Positions 1 to 9,165 of a stretch of DNA of 64,000 bases are shown in pieces. Source of the DNA: a virus (taxonomy: Duplodnaviria > Heunggongvirae > Uroviricota > Caudoviricetes). The stretch lies in IMG/VR virus record IMGVR_UViG_3300009514_000009, one strand, 5' to 3'. A program made the position numbers and the translations under genes. The notes under the pieces are model-generated. The model did not search any database. It was not told where the DNA came from and saw only the letters and a program-made list of their open reading frames with translations. Every line of letters begins with the position of its first letter. Position 1 is the stretch's first letter.

Positions 1-1029
1 CGTCTGGGACTGCGCCGATAGGCCGGCCATATCGCGGCCCAGTGCCGGGTCGGCGGCTATGCGGGCACGGGGGGTGGCCTTGATCACGTAGGGGAGCACG
101 TCGATGGCCATGCGTGCTTCGGGTGCCTCCCCCCTACGGCTCTGCCGGAGCATGTGGTCCACGAGGTCGTCGGTGGCCTCCGCCAGCAGGTAGTTGGCTG
201 TCTCGGCTGTCTCAGGGGCAGGGTAGGTGGTGTTGCTGGCTGCGTCGGTGTACTGCCGCTGCCCGTCCACGTAGGAGGCCATGCCGGACTGCTCGAACTG
301 CCTCATGCGGCTCTGCTTGCGGTGGTAGTTGCTCAGCACACAGCCGATGACCATGTAGACGTAGTGACCGAAGGAAGACTTCGCAGGGTCCCAAGGGCAC
401 TTGCCGCGATTCCTCGCCAGCAGCCCCTTGTACACCTCCTGCAACACCTCCTCCGGGTCGTAGCCTGCGGAGTGGATCCTCCGACCGAACCCTGCGAACA
501 TCAGTTTTCGCACTTCATGGGCACGGTGGGCGAGATCGATGCCCACTGGACCGGAAATAAACAGCCTAGACTGCCCTTCAAGAGAATCGGAGGTCCGAGA
601 ATGTGGTTTTCGGAGAATCCGAGAATCTCGCAGCACTGAGATTTCGGGTGTGCCGAAGGAGGGCTTGAAGGCGAGGAGCGGCGGAGCGAGAGGAGCGAGG
701 AGGATGGGCTCTGCTGGGGTGGGTGGGAACAAGTCGAAGACGTTGCCGTGGCCAAGGAGCTTGTCAGCTCGTACTCGGCCCCCCACGGTGGACACCGTGG
801 GCGCATGGGCTCCCCGCCCGAAGTAGCGGTCCAACGACCAGTGCCGTCCTTCTGGGTGCCCCGTCAGCTCAGCCAGCAGCCCCTGTGCCGTGGTGAAGGT
901 CAAGGCCTCACCCTCAGTGCCCTGCACCTCCCAGCCGCCCGCGGTGACTCTCACAGGCCGGGCTCCGTCGTTGTACCTGCTGAACAACACCCCGTTCGCC
1001 GCCTGCTCAGACACCGCTTGCTGCAACAT
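1..1029 (-). CDS. Partial CDS, probably a sigma-70 family factor. The C-terminal part runs off the window, and the start is either 1029 or the internal ATG at 501.
   Basis: An unlisted stop-free frame runs from the ATG at 1029 to position 1. Residues after the M at 501 read DPEEVLQEVYKGLLARNRGKCPWDPAKSSFGHYVYMVIGCVLSNYHRKQSRM, which resembles sigma region 2.1-2.3. Third-position GC is high for 660-1029 and low for 540-660. Confidence 0.45.
   Translation of the reverse strand, partial: MLQQAVSEQAANGVLFSRYNDGARPVRVTAGGWEVQGTEGEALTFTTAQGLLAELTGHPEGRHWSLDRYFGRGAHAPTVSTVGGRVRADKLLGHGNVFDLFPPTPAEPILLAPLAPPLLAFKPSFGTPEISVLRDSRILRKPHSRTSDSLEGQSRLFISGPVGIDLAHRAHEVRKLMFAGFGRRIHSAGYDPEEVLQEVYKGLLARNRGKCPWDPAKSSFGHYVYMVIGCVLSNYHRKQSRMRQFEQSGMASYVDGQRQYTDAASNTTYPAPETAETANYLLAEATDDLVDHMLRQSRRGEAPEARMAIDVLPYVIKATPRARIAADPALGRDMAGLSAQSQT
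540..660. repeat. Cluster of short palindromes (GAGAATC/GATTCTC, CGAGAaTCTCG, TCGGAggTCCGA) with low third-position GC. Could be operator or iteron-like sites, or a linker-coding segment.
   Basis: At least three inverted repeats built on a CCGAGAAT / ATTCTCGG core sit within 100 bp. Composition here departs from the surrounding coding sequence. Confidence 0.3.
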
Positions 1030-1039
1030 ACACGTCCTC

Positions 1040-1372
1040 CTGTCCTCGGCCTTGGCTAGGTTTACACCCCGAGATTCGGGTGTTGTCAAGTTCCGGTTGG
1101 CTCAGCCGGATTTGAGTTGGCTCTCACGATTTGCGGCGAGGTTCATTTTCCCGCCAGTGCGGAGCCACCTCTCATTTCTGCCACGTCCCGAGATTCGGGG
1201 CAAGAGCTGATCTCACCTTCTTTTGCCCCTCTTGACCTTGCTGCTCTTGCGGCCTCACAACGGCCCCCAAGGGGCGGGGGATTCCCGCGAAAAAGGGTGT
1301 GGAGGTCACGGAGCGGGTTGATCGGGTGGTGCTACGGCTTGAGCGATGAGGTGGAGAGCATGGTGGAGGGCC
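1040..1372. promoter_or_regulatory. A 330 bp non-coding region upstream of the sigma-like gene that carries two copies of the palindrome CCCGAgatTCGGG.
   Basis: CCCGAGATTCGGG occurs at about 1066 and about 1189. The region is AT-richer, has a TTGACC element, and contains no ORF with a convincing protein-like translation. Confidence 0.35.
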
Positions 1373-2200
1373 TCATCGGGGGAGTGGAAGAACGCAGACC
1401 CCCCGTGCTCTGCCCCGTTGTGTTGTCTCAGGGTGACGGTGTGGAGGAGTTCGTGTTCCCCGTCTCCTTCGTCTGGTGAGGAGGAGGGCTTTGTGGGTGG
1501 TGGTGTTGTCGTCCCAGAAGGAGAGCCAGTGGAGGATGACGAGGGGTCCGGGGTGCAGTGGGAGGTGGCCTTCTTTGATGGCGGTGGATTCGGCAGCTTG
1601 GATGGCGGAGGTCTTGTTTCGGAACATGGGACCGTGCTCGGCGAGGTCCCGTCCGTTGGGTGCGAGCCGGGCGTAGGTCCACTTGTCGGTTCTACGGTCG
1701 CAGAAGACTTTGAAGCGGGGGTACGGCTGCGGATTTCGGAAGGCGTCGTCTTCGCGGTCTGAGCGTGGGTGGAGTGGCTTGGAGAGGGAGACGTCTTGGT
1801 TCTGCTCGGTCCAGCCGAAGTCGAGTCGTTGTCGCAGGAGGTTGGTGGTCCACAGGTGAGGATTGCGGGTGTACTTGGCAGGGTCGGCTCGTTGGAGCAG
1901 GGAGATGGATTGGAGTCCGAGGAATCCGAGGAGGTTATTGCGGGACAGCTTGAAGGTTCGGTGAGCTGCATCGAGGGGTGGGTCGAGAGAGGTGGTGCAG
2001 CGATGGGTTCCGGTGATGGGGTCTTCGTAGATGGCGAGGTGGAGGGTGGGGGTCACGTCGTGTCCGGTGAGTTCCCGCAGGGGTGTGGAGACGACGAGGA
2101 CCTTTGCTGCGGGTGTTTCACGCCACACGAGGGCTGCTGAGATGCGGAGTGCTTCTCGGAGCAGGTCACGGGCCATGAAGGCTTGGGCGAGTGTGGTCAT
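1373..2200 (-). CDS. Hypothetical protein.
   Basis: The ORF track gives 1373..2485. The credible start is MTTLAQAF at 2200, which overlaps the upstream stop (ATGA). The listed N-terminal extension is R/P-rich artefact. Confidence 0.5.
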   Translation of the reverse strand: MTTLAQAFMARDLLREALRISAALVWRETPAAKVLVVSTPLRELTGHDVTPTLHLAIYEDPITGTHRCTTSLDPPLDAAHRTFKLSRNNLLGFLGLQSISLLQRADPAKYTRNPHLWTTNLLRQRLDFGWTEQNQDVSLSKPLHPRSDREDDAFRNPQPYPRFKVFCDRRTDKWTYARLAPNGRDLAEHGPMFRNKTSAIQAAESTAIKEGHLPLHPGPLVILHWLSFWDDNTTTHKALLLTRRRRRGTRTPPHRHPETTQRGRARGVCVLPLPR

Positions 2201-3645
2201 AGTCCCAGCTCGTCGAAGCGGATGGGGAGTCCGAGGTCGGGACCTTCCACGATGGAGGCCCGAGCGAGTCGGGGGGAGAGTGAGACGATGGACTTGGCGA
2301 AGGTGGAGCCGAAGGTTCTCCAGTAGATGGGTGCGTGTCTCATGTGTCGTGCGGCGAGTACGAGGGCTTCGCGTTCGGAGCCGAGCATGAGGATGTAGTC
2401 CTGTTCGTAGGGCAGATCGAGCAGGAGGGTGAGGAGCATGTGGAAGTCGGGGTTGTGGTCGAACAGGTGTGCGCATCCGGGCCACGGGGGGTCGATGAGG
2501 AAGATGGCGTCTTTGGGGAACTGGTCGGGGGTCTGGAGCAGTTCGGTGGCGTCTTCGTTGGAGATGGTGGTGTTTGCGAGGGCATGGCCGAGGGTCTTCA
2601 TGCGTCGCGGGAAGTTGCGTGGGAAGGCGGCACCGGGTTTGCGGGCGTTGATGAAGGTGCTGGCGGCGATGTTGCTGTGGTCCCCTGCTTTGATGGCCTT
2701 GACGATGGGCTGGATGCGGTTGTCTTTGGCGGCTTGGACGAGTTCAACGAGTCCATGGTGCAGGTCGTTGTAGTGGTGAGGTGAGCCTCCGTGGGCGTGT
2801 AGGAGGCGTAGGGGTTCCCCGGAGCCGCCGAACAGGTCAACGACGGGTCGTCGTGTGGCTGCTGCGAGTTTGACGGCCCATTTGACGTGTCCGCAGGCGG
2901 GCCACGGGAGGATGCGTTGGGAGGCATCGCGGGGGTCGGTGGTGAGTCCTTTGGCGTCGCGTCTTGCTCGGAACCGTTTTGCGGTCTTGGGCTTGTACTT
3001 CTTTCGTCGTTCACGGCAGTCGGCGCAGAGGGTGCCGGAGGAGCCGTGTCCGAGGGTGTTCCCGCAGTTGGCGCATCCGCCTTGCTTGAGTCGGTCGAGT
3101 CGGTTCTGCTTGGTCTTGTCGGTGCAGGGCTGGCATCGTTGTCCGGGCTTGGGGACGGATTTTCCGCAGGGGCAGATGGAGAGTCGGTTCCGCCGCATGA
3201 TGTTCATGGCGTTGCGGACGCCTTGGTCGTTTCGCCACGGCATGACCTCGGTGTAGAGGGTCTTGGTCCTCGTCTTGTGGGGCATGAAGTCGATGGCGTA
3301 GGCGATCCACGCCCATTCTTCCTCGGTCCAGTTGAGGCACTTGGCGTTGGGCTTCACGGGCGGGTGAGACGGCAACGGCGGTGGTGGCGGCGGGTTGGGC
3401 GTCGCCGGGGGCGGGTCGGGCGGCAGGATGAAGTTCCGCCGTGGGCGGGTTGGCTTGGGCGGGGGCACGATGGGCGTGCGTTCCTGCTTTGGGCCGTAGG
3501 GGATGGTGCCTTTGGGGAAGGTCGCCTCGTCGCCCCAGACGCACATGGAGCAGGCGAGCTTGCCGTCTTGGTCTCGGGTCTTGACGTAGACCTTGGGGGT
3601 CTTGCAGACCTGACAGGTGCCGAGGTGTAGGCGTCGCTTCTTCAT
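2197..3645 (-). CDS. Dam-like (D12 class) N6-adenine DNA methyltransferase with an N-terminal zinc ribbon.
   Basis: Motifs DLFGGSG (SAM-binding motif I), NDL, and FLIDPPWPG (motif IV, DPPW). N-terminal CxxC...CxxC cysteine pairs are present. Confidence 0.7.
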   Translation of the reverse strand: MKKRRLHLGTCQVCKTPKVYVKTRDQDGKLACSMCVWGDEATFPKGTIPYGPKQERTPIVPPPKPTRPRRNFILPPDPPPATPNPPPPPPLPSHPPVKPNAKCLNWTEEEWAWIAYAIDFMPHKTRTKTLYTEVMPWRNDQGVRNAMNIMRRNRLSICPCGKSVPKPGQRCQPCTDKTKQNRLDRLKQGGCANCGNTLGHGSSGTLCADCRERRKKYKPKTAKRFRARRDAKGLTTDPRDASQRILPWPACGHVKWAVKLAAATRRPVVDLFGGSGEPLRLLHAHGGSPHHYNDLHHGLVELVQAAKDNRIQPIVKAIKAGDHSNIAASTFINARKPGAAFPRNFPRRMKTLGHALANTTISNEDATELLQTPDQFPKDAIFLIDPPWPGCAHLFDHNPDFHMLLTLLLDLPYEQDYILMLGSEREALVLAARHMRHAPIYWRTFGSTFAKSIVSLSPRLARASIVEGPDLGLPIRFDELGL

Positions 3646-3678
3646 GCCCCTGTTACTCGGCGGGGCGGGGGCATCAGC

Positions 3679-3924
3679 CTACCGTTGTCGTTGGTGTCGT
3701 CGCCGTCGTCTTCGGCTGGGGGAGTCGTCGAGCTGGGCTAGGGCTTCGTGGAGCTTCATGGTCGCTTCGGCGTCGGCCTTGGCGTACTGGGTGAGGGCTG
3801 CCTCCGGCCAACGTGCGGGCCAGACGGCCTGCTTGGCCCAGTCGCGGTCCACGGGCAGGTCGGTGAAGAACCGGGGCACAAACGGTGCCGGGTCCTCCTC
3901 CCAAAAGGACTCAGGCAGAGGCAC
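3679..3924 (-). CDS. Small protein of the MPLPxxFWEED N-terminal-motif family.
   Basis: Begins MPLPESFWEEDP. Overlaps the next gene by 14 nt. Confidence 0.5.
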   Translation of the reverse strand: MPLPESFWEEDPAPFVPRFFTDLPVDRDWAKQAVWPARWPEAALTQYAKADAEATMKLHEALAQLDDSPSRRRRRRHQRQR

Positions 3925-4159
3925 GGATGGCCTCCTCCAAGGCTGCGAGGAACCGGGGGTCTTCGGCGTCGTGGACTTCGGTGATGCCTTCTTGGGCGAG
4001 TCGTCCCAGCACGATGTCGATGCGGGGGACAGTGGTGAGCTGTTTGGGCAGGAGGACGTTGCCGCAGTCGCAGGTGACGGGCAGGTCGCCGATGCAGGGC
4101 GAGTAGCACTTGCCGCAATAGGTGACGGGCTCGGTCCAGAACTCGTCAGACAGGGGCAT
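3911..4159 (-). CDS. Small Cys-rich protein of the MPLxxxFW family.
   Basis: Begins MPLSDEFWTEP. Contains CGKCYSPC...CDCG, a likely zinc-binding motif. Confidence 0.5.
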   Translation of the reverse strand: MPLSDEFWTEPVTYCGKCYSPCIGDLPVTCDCGNVLLPKQLTTVPRIDIVLGRLAQEGITEVHDAEDPRFLAALEEAIRASA

Positions 4160-4586
4160 CGGCGAGCAGCTCCTTGGCCTTCTCGGGCGTGATGATGTCC
4201 ATGTCGATCAGCCGCTTGATCTCGTCCATTTCGATCTTGGCGTAGTCGATGGAGATGGTGCCTGTGACCTTGCCGGGGACGTACTTGCGTTCCTTGAGGA
4301 TCTGGATTTCGGGTGTGCTGTGTGTCCGGCCCGTGGTCGTGCGAGGCACGAAGTGTCGGATGGGTTCCCCTGTGGGCCGGGCGTCGATGAACCGGATGGG
4401 TTCGCCACCGTAGAGCATCCCGAAGTTGCTGGTCTTGGCCTTGTGCCGGACATCGGCAGTCATCGAGGCGGCGAGCTTGCGTCGTCCATCGTGGGTGCGG
4501 ATGGCGTCGAGGATGGCCGAGCGGAACTCGAAGGGGATGAGCACCACATCGTCGTCTTCTTCCCAGAACCAGTCGGGCAGGGGCAT
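4146..4586 (-). CDS. Protein of the MPLPxxFWEED family.
   Basis: Begins MPLPDWFWEEDDD. 146 aa with mixed composition. Confidence 0.55.
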   Translation of the reverse strand: MPLPDWFWEEDDDVVLIPFEFRSAILDAIRTHDGRRKLAASMTADVRHKAKTSNFGMLYGGEPIRFIDARPTGEPIRHFVPRTTTGRTHSTPEIQILKERKYVPGKVTGTISIDYAKIEMDEIKRLIDMDIITPEKAKELLADAPV

Positions 4587-4590
4587 GGGG

Positions 4591-5277
4591 TCAGTTCTCC
4601 TTGATGCGGCCTCGTTGCACGAGGCTGAGGTCCATCTCGTGGTAGAGCTTGTACTCGAAGACGAAGGCGAAGCAGTCCCCTGCTTCGATGGTCACGTCGA
4701 GGTTCTCGGCGTACCGCCCGAGCCCTTGGACGGGGACGGAGAGGATGTCGCCCTTGGGGATCTGGTGTGCGATGTGGATGTCGTACTTGCTGTCGTCTTC
4801 GACACGGGCTTTGGCCTTGGCGACGGCGGCGAAGGTGTGGGCCTCCATCAGCAGGAGGCGTGGTCCGCCGCTGCGCAGACTCTCGGGATCGTCGGCTGTG
4901 CGCAGGGCCTGAGCCACGAGCAAGGGCTCGTGGTGTTCGACGGTGAGGGGGGTGCCTTCGGCAAGTTCGTCGAGGATGGCCTCGTTGCAGCGGTCTTTGA
5001 GGACCATGCGGGAGCCTTCCAGCACCCGTTCGATGGCTCCTACGAGGTCGGGGGTGTCTCGTCGAACCTCGGTGCGCGTCTCGATGATGAGCGGCTCGCA
5101 GAAGGGCACACCCTCGGTGTCGGGGCGGAGGATGACGTGCGGGATGCACTTGGCGTGCTTCAGGGCGTCGAGGGTGGGCCGCACCATGGACTGGCCGAGT
5201 TTCTTGCGGCCCTCGGGTCCGACGAGGTGTTGGACGATGAGGGTGCGCTTCTCCTCTCTGGTGATGGGTGGTTGCAT
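4591..5277 (-). CDS. Hypothetical protein.
   Basis: ORF 4591..5304. Probable start is MQPPITREE at 5277, which overlaps the upstream stop. Confidence 0.5.
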   Translation of the reverse strand: MQPPITREEKRTLIVQHLVGPEGRKKLGQSMVRPTLDALKHAKCIPHVILRPDTEGVPFCEPLIIETRTEVRRDTPDLVGAIERVLEGSRMVLKDRCNEAILDELAEGTPLTVEHHEPLLVAQALRTADDPESLRSGGPRLLLMEAHTFAAVAKAKARVEDDSKYDIHIAHQIPKGDILSVPVQGLGRYAENLDVTIEAGDCFAFVFEYKLYHEMDLSLVQRGRIKEN

Positions 5278-5594
5278 CAGCCCTCCTCGTTGCAGATGGA
5301 ACACGGGGGAGGCTCGGCGATCTTGCAGCCCATGCTCATGGTGCTCTTGGAGCCGCCGTAGAGGGCGTCTGTCAAGGCGGTGCTCTTGGTCGGGTCGAAC
5401 TCGATGGTGGCTTCGACGCCGCGGTCGGTGACGGCCACGTCGGTCACCTTGCAGTGGTGAGCGGTGCCTTCAAGGTCACGGACGACGATGGTGCCCTTGG
5501 TCTTGATGTCGTCGGCGACGCCCTTGAGCGCGTCGTCGGTGACCTTGCTGCCATCGGGGGTTGTGCGCGGTGCGAGGGTGGTGCTGATCTTCAT
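5277..5594 (-). CDS. Hypothetical protein.
   Basis: The MKISTTLAPRTT start has a GGGAGAAC Shine-Dalgarno upstream. The listed N-terminal extension overlaps the upstream gene. Confidence 0.45.
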   Translation of the reverse strand: MKISTTLAPRTTPDGSKVTDDALKGVADDIKTKGTIVVRDLEGTAHHCKVTDVAVTDRGVEATIEFDPTKSTALTDALYGGSKSTMSMGCKIAEPPPCSICNEEG

Positions 5595-5995
5595 GTTGGG
5601 GTGTTCTCCGCGTGGGCTTGTTGCAGTAGAGCGAGGGCGTCCTTCTCCCACTGCTGTGCATCTTCCATGTTCTGGCAGGCAACCCACGACAGCGGGGCTG
5701 CTCTGCTCACCAGCTCGACGAATCGGGTGAGGAGGTCACTCATCAGTCCACATCCGCTGACCGTAGTGGTGCCTGTCAGTCGGTCGTCAATGGCCTTCAT
5801 CGCGTCGTCGCTGAGGGTGACGTGGACGATGGCAGCCGAGACGAACTCAGGGTCCAGCATAACCTTCGCCAGCTCGCCGTTGAGCCAGCTCGGTAGCTCC
5901 ATGTGGGAGAACTCGGTGCTGCAACAGAGAGCCTCGGGGGCGTGCTGGCCGGGGTAGAGGCACCGTCGTTGGCCAAACAGGACGTAGAGCTTCAC
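5591..5995 (-). CDS. Hypothetical protein.
   Basis: 134 aa ORF with a GTG start that overlaps the upstream stop. Confidence 0.5.
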   Translation of the reverse strand: MKLYVLFGQRRCLYPGQHAPEALCCSTEFSHMELPSWLNGELAKVMLDPEFVSAAIVHVTLSDDAMKAIDDRLTGTTTVSGCGLMSDLLTRFVELVSRAAPLSWVACQNMEDAQQWEKDALALLQQAHAENTPT

Positions 5996-6111
5996 AGGTA
6001 GTCTCCCTGCCGCCTCGGCTGCGGCTTCAGGTAGAGGTAGTAGTAGGAGAGCCCGCTGAACACGAGCAGGCCGACGAGGGCGACGCTGCCGATCACGATG
6101 GTCTTGACCAT
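5992..6111 (-). CDS. Small (39 aa) single-TM membrane protein. Not in the ORF track.
   Basis: ATG at 6111 follows GAGGAGGTAGGGC. Translation is MVKTIVIGSVALVGLLVFSGLSYYYLYLKPQPRRQGDYL, which is hydrophobic. Confidence 0.3.
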   Translation of the reverse strand: MVKTIVIGSVALVGLLVFSGLSYYYLYLKPQPRRQGDYL

Positions 6112-6122
6112 GCCCTACCTCC

Positions 6123-6569
6123 TCAGACGAGCCCCTTCGACGCGGCGAGGGTGCGGCTCTTGCCGGAGTAGCCGGAGTTGGACAGCAGGAAGCTGTCCAT
6201 CCACGACCAGTCGTTGAGCACGAACCGCTGCACGTCGGCGGCCTTCAGCTCGATGGTGGCGTTGGGCTTGTGGACCTGCGCCGAGCTGATGTTGCGGTCA
6301 TGGGCGTTCTTGTGCAGCTCCAGCATCTTGATGACGGTCTGGAACTCACGGGAGTGGTCCTGCGGCGGCTGGAGGCTGAACTGGAGGGCGACCAGCTTGC
6401 CTTCACGGAGCTGGGTCATGCGCTTGGCCAGTGCCTTCTCGGCTTGGTCGAGGTAGCCCACACGGGCCTCCTCGACGATCTCCTTGTGCTCGGCGAGGTT
6501 GGTGCGGAGGGCGTCGAGCACCTCGTCCACGTTGGCGGTGATGGTGCGGGCGTCGTGATGGTCGAGCAT
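6123..6569 (-). CDS. Hypothetical protein.
   Basis: 148 aa ORF with a complex composition. Confidence 0.5.
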   Translation of the reverse strand: MLDHHDARTITANVDEVLDALRTNLAEHKEIVEEARVGYLDQAEKALAKRMTQLREGKLVALQFSLQPPQDHSREFQTVIKMLELHKNAHDRNISSAQVHKPNATIELKAADVQRFVLNDWSWMDSFLLSNSGYSGKSRTLAASKGLV

Positions 6570-6585
6570 GTTGTCTCCTTCTAGC

Positions 6586-7131
6586 TCAGTCGAGGCCGAG
6601 CAGGCGATTGATGTGGTCGTAGTCTTCGGGGCCGAAGCCTCCCGCGAGGAAGGATTGTTCTGGGTCCACTTCCTCTAGCCAATCGTGCAGGAGCAGAAGG
6701 TCCACGCCGATGGCCGATTCGTAGCGGGGCAGCACATCGTCCCGCACCTCCCTCGGCATGGCGTAGACCTCGGCGATGAACGCCCTGCCGTCCTCATTCT
6801 GCACGAGTGTCCTGCCCACGTTGGTGATGGTCGGGAACTCATGGTGGACGCGGAGTCGGCGAGTCGTGCGATAACGGCGGATCAACTCCGCAGTGATCTC
6901 CTCCGGTTTCGCTTGTTCTTCGAGCATCAGGTCCACCACCAGCCCGCCGCAGACGGTCTTCACGCACCCGAAACAGAAGCAGTAGATCTTTTCCGTGTGC
7001 CAGCTCAGGTCCGCTTTGGCGTCGCAGACCATGCACGTCGGCCAGTTGCCCGGCTTGATCACGGTGTTGGTTTCGGGGTCGTATTCGCCCCCGAAGGACA
7101 TGGCCACCGTATCGTCAGCTAGTCTTCCCAT
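6586..7131 (-). CDS. Hypothetical Cys-rich protein.
   Basis: Contains CMVCDAK...CFCFGCVKTVCGG, a putative zinc finger. Confidence 0.5.
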   Translation of the reverse strand: MGRLADDTVAMSFGGEYDPETNTVIKPGNWPTCMVCDAKADLSWHTEKIYCFCFGCVKTVCGGLVVDLMLEEQAKPEEITAELIRRYRTTRRLRVHHEFPTITNVGRTLVQNEDGRAFIAEVYAMPREVRDDVLPRYESAIGVDLLLLHDWLEEVDPEQSFLAGGFGPEDYDHINRLLGLD

Positions 7132-7141
7132 GTTGTTCTCC

Positions 7142-7984
7142 CTATTGTTCTACCCGTAGGCCGGGGTTGATGCAGTGTTTGGACAGCCAATCGAACAGCT
7201 TGTGGGCGTACAGCCGCTCCGCTCGTTCGATGGCTTCGTCGAGGGTCTTGCAGGCGGTCACGGCGACCTCGTGCCGGAACTTGCACTCGCTGTGCGTGAA
7301 CAGTGGGTTGAGCTGGCTGATGTCGATGTTGCCGCCGTACCGCCAGTGGTCGCCTTTCTTCTTGACCCCCACGGTGCCGATCTTGGTGCCGTTGCGGAAG
7401 ACGGTGCAGAGGGCACCGAAGTTGGTCGTCCCCTGCTTCCATGGCAGTCGTTGGCCTATGAGGTCTTCCACGTCGAGCCACTTGGCGTCGATCTCGTGCA
7501 GGTCGAAGGCGGCCCGGAAGGTCTTGGTGAGGTCGAGTATGAAGTTGTCGGGGTGCAGGTCGATGCGGATCTGCTCGATGGACACCTTGCAGATGTTTCG
7601 GTGGACCCACGACAGCCAGCCGATGGTCCCTTGATCCGTGGTGATGCGGCGAGTGGCCTTCTCGATGGTCGCCCCACCGCCGCTGCGGCCTCCGGGCCGG
7701 TTGCGCCCGATGGCCATGGCGACGTTCTGCCGCCAGAAGCCGTTCCACGTCACCTCGTTGTCGCCGGGCTTGGTTGCCCCGACGATGCCGACCCAGTGGT
7801 CTCCCATGCGGCGAGCGACGGTTTGCGGGCCACGGTTGAGCTGCTCCTCGGGCGTGCCGGAGGGGTACACCGTGGCCAGCAGCTCGCGGAAGGCCGGGAT
7901 GCGGTCTTCGACGAGACGCTGCTTGATTGATTCTTGGGCCTCGACGAGCGGGTCGTCCTCCCAGAAGTCATCGTCCCAGTTCAT
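7142..7984 (-). CDS. Hypothetical protein with an N-terminal FWEDDP motif.
   Basis: The real start is MNWDDDFWEDDP at 7984 (ATGA overlap). The ORF listed as 7142..8749 is partly a spurious extension. Confidence 0.55.
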   Translation of the reverse strand: MNWDDDFWEDDPLVEAQESIKQRLVEDRIPAFRELLATVYPSGTPEEQLNRGPQTVARRMGDHWVGIVGATKPGDNEVTWNGFWRQNVAMAIGRNRPGGRSGGGATIEKATRRITTDQGTIGWLSWVHRNICKVSIEQIRIDLHPDNFILDLTKTFRAAFDLHEIDAKWLDVEDLIGQRLPWKQGTTNFGALCTVFRNGTKIGTVGVKKKGDHWRYGGNIDISQLNPLFTHSECKFRHEVAVTACKTLDEAIERAERLYAHKLFDWLSKHCINPGLRVEQ

Positions 7985-8436
7985 GCAGCACGCTTTTCCA
8001 CCCGGCCTCCGACCAGCCGGTACTTCGCCATGAACGTCTCGCGGAACCGGGCGTGGATGGCTGCCAGCAGGGCCAGATCGTGTGCGCTGTACTCCTGCGG
8101 GGCGTCCTCCTCGTCGTCCTCGGGGAGGACCGCAGAGAAGCGGTCCCAACCGATGCCTGCCGGTTCGGGTAGATTCTTGTCCTCGGGGCGACGCTTGGGC
8201 AGGCCGAACTTCTCGGCGAGGTAGTTCGGGTCCAGCTCCCCCACGAAGTCGGAGAGTGGGATGGTGCTCGTCCTCCACTGCTTGCCGCAGCAGATGGCAA
8301 CGCCCTTGGGCGTGTCGTTGATGAGCACGGTGTTGTCGTTGTCGGGACGGGTCAGTCGCCAGCGCGGAACCGGGCCGTCCTCGACGACGGCCAGCTCGTG
8401 CCCGGCGAACATCGTCTTGAGTTCGGGGCGGTTCAT
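7981..8436 (-). CDS. Hypothetical protein.
   Basis: 151 aa. A motif copy and GGAGG sit immediately upstream. Confidence 0.5.
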   Translation of the reverse strand: MNRPELKTMFAGHELAVVEDGPVPRWRLTRPDNDNTVLINDTPKGVAICCGKQWRTSTIPLSDFVGELDPNYLAEKFGLPKRRPEDKNLPEPAGIGWDRFSAVLPEDDEEDAPQEYSAHDLALLAAIHARFRETFMAKYRLVGGRVEKRAA

Positions 8437-8475
8437 GTTGTCGATCCTCCAGATCGGGTTTCTTGTCTACTGCTA

Positions 8476-9165
8476 CTACTCGCCAGCGGGTGCTTTTGAG
8501 CCTTCCTGCCAGCCGACCTTGACCTCGATGCCGAGGCGCTTCGCCACCGCTGCCCAGACGGGCAGGTTGGCCGCGGGGTGGAGGTAGAAGGTCACGTCGA
8601 GGGGCCAGTCGGCATAGTCCTTGGCCCAGCCGAGGGCCACCTCGGCGCACGTCTCGACGGGGCAGCCGTAGACCCCTGCGCTGATGGCGGGGTAGGCGAT
8701 ACTCTTGCAGCCCATGCCCAAGGCCACGAGGGCGGGCATCTTGTAGCACTCGCGCAGTGTCTGACGAGCCAAGTCCTCAGCCCGGACCTCGGTGACGCCG
8801 AACTTCATCTGCATACCCGCGAGGCTGCTCGCTGGGTTGTTGGCGAAGTAGAGGGCGGCATCCGGGTCCGTGGGCCAAACCGGGCCTGCCGTGTGGATGA
8901 CCCAGTGGCAGGGCAGGTTGAACGCGGGAGTTGGGACGGCTCCACCGTTGGGCACACGGATGCTCGTCACGGGCTCCAAGCCCGGCCCGTAGCCCTCTTT
9001 GTGGATGATGGGCAGGAGCTTGCAGGCCTCCCGCAGCCCCGGCCCGGCGGCCTTGTGAATGGCCCCGTCCGCACCCCCACCGCCGAGGCCCTTGTTGTTG
9101 GCTGGGTTGACGATCACGTCGCCGTTGAACGAGCAAATGTCACCTGCGATGAGGGTGATGTTCAT
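8476..9165 (-). CDS. Macro domain protein (ADP-ribose binding and hydrolysis).
   Basis: VNPANNKGLGGGGADGAIHKAAG is the classic macro-domain Gly-rich ADP-ribose pocket. Confidence 0.85.
   Translation of the reverse strand: MNITLIAGDICSFNGDVIVNPANNKGLGGGGADGAIHKAAGPGLREACKLLPIIHKEGYGPGLEPVTSIRVPNGGAVPTPAFNLPCHWVIHTAGPVWPTDPDAALYFANNPASSLAGMQMKFGVTEVRAEDLARQTLRECYKMPALVALGMGCKSIAYPAISAGVYGCPVETCAEVALGWAKDYADWPLDVTFYLHPAANLPVWAAVAKRLGIEVKVGWQEGSKAPAGE

Noticed and set aside
1373-2485. The 370-aa ORF track entry extending the 1373..2200 gene upstream through the methyltransferase gene.
   Set aside because: The N-terminal 95 residues are Arg/Pro/His-rich low complexity, typical of an alternative frame over a GC-rich gene (here the methyltransferase gene). 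The credible start is the ATG at 2200.
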